Below are positions 32,444-39,769 of a stretch of DNA of 39,769 nt, in pieces; within the stretch, counting starts at the first letter, position 1; each line of letters opens with the position of its first letter. The notes under the pieces were generated by a model. The model made no database searches. It saw only the letters and a list, made by a program, of their open reading frames with translations, and had not been told where the DNA came from. The stretch is from a virus, in IMG/VR virus record IMGVR_UViG_3300012922_000004, positions 1 through 39,769 of that record. One strand, 5' to 3'. The position numbers and the translations under genes are program-made.

Positions 32444-33477
32444 CTTCCACTTCCCTTCTGGGATGAGGCCCTCCAGAACGAGCAGGTCTCTCCCTTCGGA
32501 TGAAGATCGCCGGTATTCGCTGGCGGCCCAAGATGCCCAACACACCGGCCCATCCGATCGGCCTCGCGAAAGCCGCACAACGGGCAACGCGCCCAGTTGA
32601 CCTCGCCATCGGGCGCCTTGGCGTGGGCGGCATGATGGTGGTCTAGCGGAGCATTGGCGACGGAGGGCGAGGTCGCGTCCGCGCCGGATGAATCAGGATC
32701 GCTTCCCTCGCTCTTCATAGACAGGGCGGCGCGCAGCTTCGACAGCGCTGCCTCGGCCCTGTTGATGGCGCCTCCGTCGAGATACGGGGTGCAGCCCAGG
32801 CCGGCGCCAATCTCGTCGAGCAGATCGTCGAATTCAGAATTGGGGGCCTGCGGCGCTGAACTGCCAGAGAGGGCGGCGCGCGCTGCGTTGACGGCGTCGG
32901 CAGTCTCCACGGCACCCGGATTGCCAGTCACGGCGACCAGCAACCGGCGCAGCGCCTCCAGGGCTTGGGATTTGGCTGCTTCGGCGGTGTTGGCGCGGGC
33001 TTCGGCAGCGGCGAGTCGATCGAGTAGCGGCAGATTCGGCGTGTACTTCAAAAGATGCTGCTCGTCGATCCAGTCCTCTCTGTTCTTGGCTCGCTGATCG
33101 CGCGCCCATTTCACTAGACCGACTGCGCCGTCACGCTTGACGATCTCCAGCAAGGCCGGGGCATCGATGTACTGGAAGCTCTCCGCATCGGCGCAACCCC
33201 ACGCGAATACGTCGTTCATGTTCAAGCCCAGCGTTGGAACGCCATCCTTCCAGCCCGCCAGCCCGAAGAACACGGAGCCGTCCGGCTGGCCGATGAATGC
33301 GTGCTCGTTCGCCAGCAACAGATGCGCCGCCTCAAACCACCGCAGCCGCTCTCGCAGGGAGGCGGACTCGGCACGCTCCTCGGCTAGCAGCGTGTCGAAC
33401 AGCGCCACCCCCTCGGCCTCGCGCGCGAGCACCTTCTCAAGCTCGGCCCCCAGCCTCTCCATCTCGGATGCGCTCAT
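32440..33477 (-). CDS. Hypothetical protein (345 aa) with coiled-coil N-terminus and Cys/His C-terminus
   Basis: Natural composition. C-terminal HHHAAH...CPLCG...C.GH. Confidence 0.55.
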   Translation of the reverse strand: MSASEMERLGAELEKVLAREAEGVALFDTLLAEERAESASLRERLRWFEAAHLLLANEHAFIGQPDGSVFFGLAGWKDGVPTLGLNMNDVFAWGCADAESFQYIDAPALLEIVKRDGAVGLVKWARDQRAKNREDWIDEQHLLKYTPNLPLLDRLAAAEARANTAEAAKSQALEALRRLLVAVTGNPGAVETADAVNAARAALSGSSAPQAPNSEFDDLLDEIGAGLGCTPYLDGGAINRAEAALSKLRAALSMKSEGSDPDSSGADATSPSVANAPLDHHHAAHAKAPDGEVNWARCPLCGFREADRMGRCVGHLGPPANTGDLHPKGETCSFWRASSQKGSGR

Positions 33478-33911
33478 TTCGTCCCCTTCGCGTCCCCGGA
33501 TTCAAGCTCTACACGACACCGCACGCAGACCTCCCAATGCGAGACGCCATGCGCGCACGGCGCTTCCGCGATAATTCCCTTCGCGTCCCCGGAGGGCGCA
33601 GCGGCGATGTGTTCCAGCTTCACGGCGAAGGCCCCCATGGCCGCTACGGCGGCAATTCGCGCGCCTGACGGCATCTCGGACCGCGCAAGTCTGTCCCGCG
33701 CAGCCCTCGCCTCAGTCGCCGCGTCGGCCAGCGCCTTCGCTCTCTCCTCCTCCCCGCGTCTATCTCCATAGGCCTTGATTTGCTCCGCTAGCTTCGTCCG
33801 CATGCTGGTGGACCAATGCCCATACAGGTCCGCGATCTCCTCCGGCGACTCTCCTGGCTTCAGGGGGAGGGGACCGCCTTCGGCGGGTGTGCGCCCTTCG
33901 GGAGGGGTCAT
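33474..33911 (-). CDS. Hypothetical protein (145 aa)
   Basis: ATGA overlaps at both ends. Confidence 0.5.
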   Translation of the reverse strand: MTPPEGRTPAEGGPLPLKPGESPEEIADLYGHWSTSMRTKLAEQIKAYGDRRGEEERAKALADAATEARAARDRLARSEMPSGARIAAVAAMGAFAVKLEHIAAAPSGDAKGIIAEAPCAHGVSHWEVCVRCRVELESGDAKGTK

Positions 33912-34147
33912 GGTTTCTCGCCTCGGACAGCGAGCGCAACATCGAGCGGGACTCCGTATTCGGCTGCCTCTTGCGCTGCCTCGGCTCGACGCTTCGCCTT
34001 GTTCTCAGCGGCCAATGCGTGCAGATCGCGCTGGATCTCTGGGTCGGAGTCCAAGCCGTAGCATGGGCGGCAGCGAGTGGGATCTTCCTCGGATCTGCCG
34101 GCCCAGTCGTTCCACGGAATGCCGCATCGCCAACATCTGTCGCTCAT
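33908..34147 (-). CDS. Zinc-ribbon protein (79 aa)
   Basis: GGAGGAGGA SD. CWRCG...CRPC. Confidence 0.5.
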   Translation of the reverse strand: MSDRCWRCGIPWNDWAGRSEEDPTRCRPCYGLDSDPEIQRDLHALAAENKAKRRAEAAQEAAEYGVPLDVALAVRGEKP

Positions 34148-34176
34148 CTCGATCCTCCTCCAGGGCTCCGCCCCGC

Positions 34177-34551
34177 CTAGAACGGTGCCGGCGCGGCGCT
34201 CTTACCGTCGTCCACCTGGACCCGATAGAGCTTCGAGGGCTTCAACGGATTGCCCTGCTTGTCCACGCCATCATTGGGCTGATCGCTCACGTACTCGATC
34301 CGGATCTTCGTCCCCCGCTTTACGCTGGCAACTTGCGCGAGTAAACGCTGATTTGCGCGCAGCGACTCCATCACCGGCTCGCCTTCCTGCGTGTGTCCAG
34401 TCTTGATCAGGATGTGCACCTCGGACTTGCCGAAGTTGTTCTTGCGCTCTTCGGTGCCCGCGAAGACACCCTCGATATCGTCCCCGATCAGATCCAACTT
34501 CGCGAACTGCACTCGCACCGGCTCCTCAAAAACTGTATCCGTCCAGCCCAT
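34177..34551 (-). CDS. Hypothetical protein, weak SSB/OB-fold guess
   Basis: 124 aa and beta-rich. It sits next to the Sak4-like and Cas4-like genes and ends in ...APAPF. No motif proof. Confidence 0.4.
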   Translation of the reverse strand: MGWTDTVFEEPVRVQFAKLDLIGDDIEGVFAGTEERKNNFGKSEVHILIKTGHTQEGEPVMESLRANQRLLAQVASVKRGTKIRIEYVSDQPNDGVDKQGNPLKPSKLYRVQVDDGKSAAPAPF

Positions 34552-34554
34552 TTG

Positions 34555-35598
34555 TCACTCCTTTGGTTGATATTCCTCAACACGCATTGAACGCTTCACA
34601 ACAACACCATTCGCATCACGAATCGCCTGCAAGGCTTCCCGCACCATGCCCGCGCGCTTGCCGTTAGGCGCGATCGGCTTCAGGGCGGTCTCGAGGGCGG
34701 ACTTCGTCGCTTCCATCGTCACCGCCTGACGAGCCACCGGCTCCCCATGCAGATCGCGAAGGGTCTGATAGGTGATCAACCCATCCAACTCCTCACGCTG
34801 CACCTCGTGCTCGCCCAGCACCTTCCCATTCGCCAGCGGAATCGGGTTCAGGGACGCGAATGCCCGATACGTCTTCTCGACCAACCCCAATAGCCGCTTC
34901 GCGTTGGCGAGGAACTCCCACCCTTGCGCCACCTTCGCGACCGTCAATCCGTCCGTGGGCAGCACGCCGGGCCAGAGCCCTTCGCTGAACGCGATGGCCA
35001 TCGTCAGGTGGGCGGGGCAGTTGCGAATGCACTCGCATCTCCAACAATGATCGCCCGCGACGACAGCCGGCGATGGCGCATTCACCGCTCGCCAGATGGC
35101 TCGGATACGTTCCCGAGCGGCGGCTAGGTCGAAGGCGTCGAACAGGACCGGCTTGCCCTCGCCGTCTGGCCGATCGATCGCGACTCGTACTGTCTCGACG
35201 TGCTGCGTATCCGCCACGCACAGCGCATTGTGCGCGAGCTGGAGATTGCGCTCGACGGGCGCGACCATGTACCCGAACCCGCTCTTGTAGTCCCTCACCT
35301 CGGCTACGCCGTCGACCGGCGCACGCTTCATGCGGTCGACGGTGCCGGGGATTTCGGTTGACCAGTCCACCGGATACTCGCGTTTGAGTCCTTGCCCCAG
35401 GTGCCGGGCATGGCCCAGCTCCGGGTTCAGCGCGAACGCAACCTCCGCCATCTCATCCGGCGGACACGCCGCCTCATGGTCAGCGTGTGCATCCGTCCCG
35501 GCCTCCGCGTCGGCGCGGAGCTCCCCGATGCGGGGCAGGCTGGCGCTCGCGGGGCACTTCTCGGCGCGCCAGAGGGCGCTGGCAGATAGATGAATCAT
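34555..35598 (-). CDS. Cas4-like PD-(D/E)XK exonuclease with 4-Cys cluster
   Basis: LSASALWRAEKCP; GTVDRM; EVRDYKSG; QLAHNAL; HCWRCECIRNCPAH. Confidence 0.75.
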   Translation of the reverse strand: MIHLSASALWRAEKCPASASLPRIGELRADAEAGTDAHADHEAACPPDEMAEVAFALNPELGHARHLGQGLKREYPVDWSTEIPGTVDRMKRAPVDGVAEVRDYKSGFGYMVAPVERNLQLAHNALCVADTQHVETVRVAIDRPDGEGKPVLFDAFDLAAARERIRAIWRAVNAPSPAVVAGDHCWRCECIRNCPAHLTMAIAFSEGLWPGVLPTDGLTVAKVAQGWEFLANAKRLLGLVEKTYRAFASLNPIPLANGKVLGEHEVQREELDGLITYQTLRDLHGEPVARQAVTMEATKSALETALKPIAPNGKRAGMVREALQAIRDANGVVVKRSMRVEEYQPKE

Positions 35599-36617
35599 GC
35601 GGCTCTGACCTCTTTCTGCCGAGCAACCCACGCCGCGCGCAACACCGCTCGCCGGACTTCTGGCAATCCGCTCACCTTCGGGACCAACGCATCCAGTGCG
35701 GCCTGATTGGCGGCCGAGGTGATTTCGGAGAGGAGCGGGTCAGGCATCGAGGCGGGCGCAGCCGTCGTCAACGTAGTGGCAGCGTCCGGCACGGCGGGCG
35801 TCGCCGCAGTCCCATTCCCAACCTCCTTCCCAGCGTCCGGCGCGGTCGCAAGGGGGGTGGCAACCTGCGCCGGAACGCTGGGGGGAGAAGCCTTGGCCTG
35901 AACGGCCTCGTCAGACTCCAGCCACGCCTTGAGTGTCTTCATCGGCTCAGGACCGGGCTTCGTCTTTTGGTATCCATCGAGGGCGCGGCATCGGGTACCA
36001 GCGATGGTGAGCTCGTGGTCTTGGTTGATGTCTCCGATGATGTCGAACTCGAATTCCATACCGTCGCGTTGGAGGGGCTGAAGTCCGACCTTGCGCACGA
36101 CGTTCTTGCCCGTGATCGGATCTTTCTCCATCACGTATTCCATCTTGGAGCGCATGGTGGCGATCAGGTGTCCTGGGTAGCTCAACATCGCCTCGATCAT
36201 CCGGATATGGAGCGCGGTCACTGGACCCCACGCCGTGTAATCGTTGAACTCGCGCTGTCGGCTGAACTTGTCTTTCAACTCCAGCGCGCCGCCTTTGCCG
36301 GCCCAAGCGTGAGAGAGACTATCCACGCCGACGGCATCGCAGCCGTCTTCTGCGAGCAGCCGTAGAGCTTCCACGTACTGTTCCGGCGAGAAGTTGTCCT
36401 CCATCTCGATCACGCGGAACGGCCCGAAGTCGCGCTTGTACTTGCTGGCGCTGCGGTGCTCGGTGTCGATGACGCCGATCTTGCTCGCCATGCCCAGCGC
36501 CTTCATTCCGAAAAGGAAGGTCAGCATGGTGAAGGTCTTGCCCCCCTTGGCCGGCGCAATCAGTCCGATGCGAGCTTTCAGGTTTGCCTGTACTGCGTCT
36601 CTGATCGTCAGTGTCAT
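35595..36617 (-). CDS. AAA_24 / Sak4-like RecA-fold ATPase (recombination)
   Basis: Walker A APAKGGKT. Walker B-like AVGVDSLSHAW. GGGAGGA SD before ATG 36617. Ala/Pro-rich C-terminal extension. Confidence 0.75.
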   Translation of the reverse strand: MTLTIRDAVQANLKARIGLIAPAKGGKTFTMLTFLFGMKALGMASKIGVIDTEHRSASKYKRDFGPFRVIEMEDNFSPEQYVEALRLLAEDGCDAVGVDSLSHAWAGKGGALELKDKFSRQREFNDYTAWGPVTALHIRMIEAMLSYPGHLIATMRSKMEYVMEKDPITGKNVVRKVGLQPLQRDGMEFEFDIIGDINQDHELTIAGTRCRALDGYQKTKPGPEPMKTLKAWLESDEAVQAKASPPSVPAQVATPLATAPDAGKEVGNGTAATPAVPDAATTLTTAAPASMPDPLLSEITSAANQAALDALVPKVSGLPEVRRAVLRAAWVARQKEVRAA

Positions 36618-36712
36618 TCGAAATCCTCCCAAAACAAATCTTTGAATCCGTCTTCGAGCCACGCCCATACTTGGCGTAGCCTCTCGCGCAGCCAGCGGAG
36701 GGGGCGGGTCAT
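36614..36712 (-). CDS. 32-aa microprotein
   Basis: Hand-translated: MTRPLRWLRERLRQVWAWLEDGFKDLFWEDFE. ATGA overlaps with both neighbours. Confidence 0.3.
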   Translation of the reverse strand: MTRPLRWLRERLRQVWAWLEDGFKDLFWEDFE

Positions 36713-37077
36713 GGGCGAGCCCCCTTGCGCGCAGTCTTGATCGCGGCGTTGTACTCGGCCGCTGCGGCCCTGAACTCCTCTGCGCGTTTGGCTTCGGCTA
36801 CCAGTGGGGCGACGTAAGGGTGTCCCATGTACGGCTCGGCGAGGTCGGCCTCACAACGGGTGCATTTCGGGCCATCCATGTTGCGAACGCCAAAACCACT
36901 GACAATGCGCTCATGGGCGCGATGCTTCCGGCACTGATTGCGCTTTTGACAGACCGGGCAGATGATTTTGAACTTGCGCCACCATGGAACCTCATCATTC
37001 TCCACCCACAACATAAATTGCACCATTAGGTATAGTGGGACGGCTATCGCCACTACGACAATACAGGTCCCCATCAT
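36709..37077 (-). CDS. Membrane-anchored zinc-ribbon protein
   Basis: N-terminal TM CIVVVAIAVPLYLMVQFMLWV. CPVC...CTRC. Confidence 0.5.
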   Translation of the reverse strand: MMGTCIVVVAIAVPLYLMVQFMLWVENDEVPWWRKFKIICPVCQKRNQCRKHRAHERIVSGFGVRNMDGPKCTRCEADLAEPYMGHPYVAPLVAEAKRAEEFRAAAAEYNAAIKTARKGARP

Positions 37078-37334
37078 GCCGCCTCCGGCTCCCCATCCGT
37101 CCTCACCACCCGCAACGCAGGGCTCCGCGCGTGGATCCAGCCCGGGACCAGTCGATCGAACTCCGACAGCAGGGGCGGCGGATTACCTGCGAGTTGTTCC
37201 CGGAAGAGCCCGAGCGTCAACGTAAGGCGCAATCGCAAGTCCATGTCGGATAGCTTCTGCGTCTCGAGGACGAGTCGCTCGTGCAGCTTGGAGATGATCA
37301 GGCACTGGCGGTCGTCTGGGTCCGGGAGCATCAC
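37074..37334 (-). CDS. Hypothetical protein (86 aa)
   Basis: ATGA overlaps. Confidence 0.45.
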   Translation of the reverse strand: MMLPDPDDRQCLIISKLHERLVLETQKLSDMDLRLRLTLTLGLFREQLAGNPPPLLSEFDRLVPGWIHARSPALRVVRTDGEPEAA

Positions 37335-37441
37335 ATGTCCTTTCTGAACAGCCGATGGAACGTGGCAATGGTCAGCGCCCAGTACAGCAGCAAGAACACG
37401 ACAGCGGTGACGATCGGGTGAGCGAAGAGGAGGTCAATCAT
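37331..37441 (-). CDS. 36-aa single-TM microprotein
   Basis: MIDLLFAHPIVTAVVFLLLYWALTIATFHRLFRKDM. ATGA overlaps. Confidence 0.35.
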   Translation of the reverse strand: MIDLLFAHPIVTAVVFLLLYWALTIATFHRLFRKDM

Positions 37442-37746
37442 TGGACGGCCTTGGCGAGGATGATGGCGCGGTCGAAGGCGGAGATGACTTCGGCTTGAGT
37501 GCGGCCGGGGGTGTCGTTCCACCGCACAACTCCAGGGCCGCCGATCGCACACTCAAGCAGGATAAGGGCATTGAGCGCCCCGGGGCCGAACGAGATCGCG
37601 CCCTCCGCGCACCACCGGCATGCGTTGGGTCCGTCCGCTTTTGCTTCGTTGCCGTCGGAGTCGCGCGCGAACACCTTTTGCGTCCACCCCTTCGCCACCC
37701 GCGCCCTCGCGGCCTCCAGAACCTCAACCACGCTCAGCGATCCCAT
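37438..37746 (-). CDS. Conserved phage protein (pattern I recall as DUF6197; unverified)
   Basis: ARARVAKGWTQKVFARDSDGNE...CRWCAEGAI...VVRWNDTPGRTQAEVISAFDRAI. Confidence 0.5.
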   Translation of the reverse strand: MGSLSVVEVLEAARARVAKGWTQKVFARDSDGNEAKADGPNACRWCAEGAISFGPGALNALILLECAIGGPGVVRWNDTPGRTQAEVISAFDRAIILAKAVQ

Positions 37747-37898
37747 TCCCGCTCCTTCGCTTCGTCGATCTGTTGGTCTACCCGCGCCCAATAGCGATCT
37801 TCGGCGGCTTGCCGCGCTTCGCACTCCTCGCAGTCGGGCGCGTTGCAGACGCAGGGCGGCTCCGCCGGGGGGGTACACTTCCAGCCGTCGTAGGTCAT
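37734..37898 (-). CDS. 54-aa Cys-rich protein
   Basis: Hand-translated: MTYDGWKCTPPAEPPCVCNAPDCEECEARQ... ATGA overlap with the HNH stop. Confidence 0.3.
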   Translation of the reverse strand: MTYDGWKCTPPAEPPCVCNAPDCEECEARQAAEDRYWARVDQQIDEAKEREWDR

Positions 37899-38377
37899 GG
37901 CAGCCTCCGCACGTGGTTCCAGCCCTTGCCATGCGCAATGAGCCAGATCGGCTGCCTAGAGACGCCATAACGCGCCGCGAGATCCTTCTGCCGTTCGCCG
38001 CGCCTGAGGGCCGCTAGAATCTCCGCGACCTGCTGCTCGGTCAGCTTCGCAGTTCCCGCACGACTGCCGCGCGGAGCGCTCTTCCTGCCCTTCGTAACGC
38101 TATCGATCTGATTGGCGGCATTGGATCCGGCGAACAGATGCTCGGGGCGCACACAAGCCGGCACGTCGCACCGGTGGCAGGCGAATTCATGCCGGGCCAA
38201 CGCGTAGCCTCGCCAGAGCTCCAAGGAGTAGCGGTGTGCACCGACGCGCTTCTTGCCGATGTACATGCGGCCGTAGCCATCTGCGTCGGTGGCGCCAGTC
38301 CACAGCCAGCATCCATCCGACTTAGCCACGCGCGCCCAGAACCTCGCCGGCAGCGGAAGGGAACTCAGCGCGCTCAT
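37895..38377 (-). CDS. HNH endonuclease (HNH_3 type) with C-terminal HTH
   Basis: CWLWTGATDADGYGRMY...AHRYS...CHRCDVPACVRPEHLFAGSNAAN; KLTEQQVAEILAALRRGERQKDLAARYGVSRQPI. Confidence 0.85.
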   Translation of the reverse strand: MSALSSLPLPARFWARVAKSDGCWLWTGATDADGYGRMYIGKKRVGAHRYSLELWRGYALARHEFACHRCDVPACVRPEHLFAGSNAANQIDSVTKGRKSAPRGSRAGTAKLTEQQVAEILAALRRGERQKDLAARYGVSRQPIWLIAHGKGWNHVRRLP

Positions 38378-38378
38378 C

Positions 38379-38624
38379 TCAGAGCCTTCCGGCGGCGCGG
38401 AGAGCTGCGCCTAAGCGGTAGCACCAGCATTCACCAGTCGGACAACCGCGCGTGTGTTTCCACTCGGCAATACGCGCGTCAGATGCGGCATCCGCCAACG
38501 CGCGGGTGTGGTCATTCACCGCCGCCTGAATCGCATCCTCGATCACGTCGATTCCGGTGTTGTTCGTCGGACGGGACGTGGCGATGAGGTAGGCCGACTC
38601 CGCTAGCTCGCGAATCGTGCTCAT
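38379..38624 (-). CDS. Hypothetical protein
   Basis: ATGA overlap at 38624. A GTG 38633 start is also possible. Confidence 0.45.
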   Translation of the reverse strand: MSTIRELAESAYLIATSRPTNNTGIDVIEDAIQAAVNDHTRALADAASDARIAEWKHTRGCPTGECWCYRLGAALRAAGRL

Positions 38625-38935
38625 GGCTTCCACACCTCCATCCCTGCTTCGCGTGCTCGCTCTAGTTCTGCCAACTCATCGCGGAAGACTTCCGCCAATG
38701 GCGGGAGGCGCTGGCGGATCGCTTCGCGGACGGCGGCGCGGGTGGCGATACTGGGGCAGCGGGCACCGACACCCAACGCTCCGGTCCATGCAATGAACCA
38801 TTGCCGGTCATCATCGATAACAGCTAGCCAAGCCTCCGGATCGCCCCGCATCTGACGCGCGATCCGTGCAACGCGATCCCGCTGCGCTTCCGCTCTCATG
38901 CGTGATGCCAGCGCCTCGCGATCGGCGGGGGTCAT
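38621..38935 (-). CDS. Hypothetical protein (104 aa)
   Basis: ATGA overlaps. Natural composition. Confidence 0.5.
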   Translation of the reverse strand: MTPADREALASRMRAEAQRDRVARIARQMRGDPEAWLAVIDDDRQWFIAWTGALGVGARCPSIATRAAVREAIRQRLPPLAEVFRDELAELERAREAGMEVWKP

Positions 38936-39129
38936 GGCGACACCCGATGCTCGGCGTCATGGGCCTCAGCCAGATCCAGCGCGGCCGTGGCCAGGGCAAA
39001 CCTGGCCAGCACGAAGGCGTCGCACCTTGCGCGAATGTCCTTGTTCCCGGCTTGATGGAACCGCTCTCGCGCCCGAGCGAACGCCAACGCCGCCATCCGG
39101 AGCTCCGTCTCTGCTTGGTGGAGGGTCAT
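38932..39129 (-). CDS. Hypothetical helical protein (65 aa)
   Basis: Internal ATG of ORF 38932-39366, with an ATGA overlap. Confidence 0.4.
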   Translation of the reverse strand: MTLHQAETELRMAALAFARARERFHQAGNKDIRARCDAFVLARFALATAALDLAEAHDAEHRVSP

Positions 39130-39434
39130 GAGGCGCTCCGCGCGACGGAGGGTTTCGGGTGGAACTCGACGGACACCACGTCCGTGACGCCGGACCCGTC
39201 CTCGCGCACCTTGCACAGCACGCTCATGTAGACGGGGCCGTGATTGTCCTTTGCGCCGATCGGGTCCATCGAAAGGAGAATCCGATCCAGCGCCGTGAGC
39301 GGCTTGCCTCTGAGCGACAGCGCCTCGCGCAAATCCTCGCGGCGCGTTTCGATGCACGGCCTGCACAAACAGTTGCCGTTGTGCTGCAACCTGCGCGGCT
39401 TACGGAGTCGATCAACCTGCCTCTGCGTCGCCAT
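39126..39434 (-). CDS. First gene of the leftward operon; Arg-rich N-terminus
   Basis: The second ATG is preferred because GGGGAGG lies 6 nt upstream. Sequence MATQRQVDRLRKPRRLQHNGN... Confidence 0.5.
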   Translation of the reverse strand: MATQRQVDRLRKPRRLQHNGNCLCRPCIETRREDLREALSLRGKPLTALDRILLSMDPIGAKDNHGPVYMSVLCKVREDGSGVTDVVSVEFHPKPSVARSAS

Positions 39435-39440
39435 GACCAT

Positions 39441-39486
39441 CCTCCCCTTCTTCGGCGGCCCTGGGTGCCCGCCGTCCTCGGGGAGG
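39441..39486 (-). promoter_or_regulatory. Leader stem-loop that sequesters the SD of the first leftward gene
   Basis: Minus-strand RNA is CCUCCCC-GAGGA-CGGCGG-GCACCCAGGG-CCGCCG-AAGAA-GGGGAGG. It forms a 7-bp outer stem and a 6-bp inner stem. The 3' arm is the SD. Confidence 0.5.
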
Positions 39487-39489
39487 ATC

Positions 39490-39524
39490 CTTGCATGGTC
39501 GCAAGTCGCTTGTCAAGTCGCAAG
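39490..39524 (-). promoter_or_regulatory. OL/PL-like region, an inverted copy of the OR cassette
   Basis: The reverse complement reads CTTGCGACTTGACAAG-cga-CTTGCGACCATGCAAG. TTGACA lies at 39516-39511 on the minus strand. Confidence 0.6.
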
Positions 39525-39535
39525 TCGACCGAGCA

Positions 39536-39562
39536 GGAAAAGCCCCGGATCGACTCGGGGCT
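39536..39562 (-). terminator. Terminator ending the repressor operon
   Basis: Minus-strand stem AGCCCCG pairs with CGGGGCU. 8-nt loop, then UUUCC. It lies 6 nt after the stop of the 59-aa ORF. Confidence 0.55.
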
Positions 39563-39568
39563 TCGGTC

Positions 39569-39748
39569 CTACTGGCGGTTTTCTTCCAGTCTCGCGATGC
39601 GGGCGAGAGCCTTGTCTAGTGCGGTGCTGAAGGCGAGCAGGCCTATCTCGCGCTCCAGGGCGGCACAGCGCCGCTCGAGTGAAACAACTTGGCCAGCGAG
39701 CGTACGGGCGCCAGAGCCGCTGACCCTCTTTGACCTCTGAACCTTCAC
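39569..39748 (-). CDS. 59-aa coiled-coil protein downstream of the repressor (GTG start)
   Basis: Hand-translated: MKVQRSKRVSGSGARTLAGQVVSLERRCAALEREIGLLAFSTALDKALARIARLEENRQ. GGAGGA 5 nt upstream. It spans the terminal-repeat boundary. Confidence 0.5.
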   Translation of the reverse strand: MKVQRSKRVSGSGARTLAGQVVSLERRCAALEREIGLLAFSTALDKALARIARLEENRQ

Positions 39749-39769
39749 GGGTGTCCTCCGGGTTGTCCC
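39647..39769. repeat. Right copy of the 123-bp terminal direct repeat
   Basis: Identical to 1-123. It lies inside the small ORF 39569-39748. Confidence 0.95.

Larger units (their letters stand above)
1..39769. mobile_element. Complete temperate podovirus-like phage genome (terminally redundant or circular assembly), about 39,646 bp unique
   Basis: Identical 123-bp sequence at both window ends. A full phage gene set is present: int/xis, CI/Cro switch, replication, terminase, portal, capsid, tail and lysis. No tape measure, sheath or tube genes were seen. Confidence 0.85.

Noticed and set aside
35487-36365. 292-aa plus-strand ORF (also 39159-39740 at 193 aa, 33775-34344 at 189 aa and 37499-38017 at 172 aa) within the leftward operon
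   Set aside because: They are antisense to motif-bearing minus-strand genes (Sak4-like ATPase, HNH and others). They are Arg/Ser/Pro-rich with no start context.
1-39769. CRISPR arrays, rRNA genes, IS elements or transposases, toxin-antitoxin pairs, retron or DGR components
   Set aside because: I saw no regularly spaced direct repeats, no transposase or reverse-transcriptase motifs, and no recognisable toxin domains. The only repeat families seen are the terminal repeat, the operators and the iterons.

Overview
The window is a complete, high-G+C temperate phage genome. An exact 123-bp direct repeat bounds it (1-123 = 39647-39769), giving about 39,646 bp of unique sequence. G+C was judged by eye, not computed.

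The regulatory layout is lambdoid. A CI-like repressor (218-475, minus strand) is followed by a 59-aa ORF and a terminator. It is bracketed by two inverted copies of one promoter-operator cassette, OR at 481-528 and OL at 39490-39524.

Rightward genes run in this order:
- a Cro-like regulator and an intrinsic terminator;
- small early genes, a DPPY methyltransferase, a RusA-like resolvase and a RepA-like P-loop helicase with an iteron cluster;
- a lower-G+C islet with two T5orf172 paralogs;
- TerS and TerL, portal and tRNA-Asn(GUU);
- an accessory cluster, scaffold, major capsid and a decoration-like protein;
- T7 gp11-like and gp12-like tail proteins, a GNAT-like ORF, a fibre-like protein with a peptidase-S74 chaperone domain, and two internal-virion-like proteins;
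- a tail fibre.

An accessory and lysis region follows at 24.1-27.4 kb. It holds an antisense Cys-rich lipoprotein, a TM protein, a second lipoprotein, a Tlde1/DUF2778 L,D-peptidase-fold lysin candidate and a PolB-exo-like exonuclease. It also holds a translationally coupled chain of small membrane proteins that ends in a pectate-lyase-fold beta-helix protein.

The leftward operon (39434 down to 29461) carries small early genes, an HNH endonuclease, a Sak4-like ATPase, a Cas4-like nuclease, a DUF3850 protein, excisionase and tyrosine integrase.

No CRISPR array, rRNA, transposase or reverse transcriptase was seen. All family names come from motif recognition by eye. No searches or statistics were run. 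Many start codons (GTG, TTG, and 4-nt ATGA/GTGA overlaps) are inferred rather than demonstrated.
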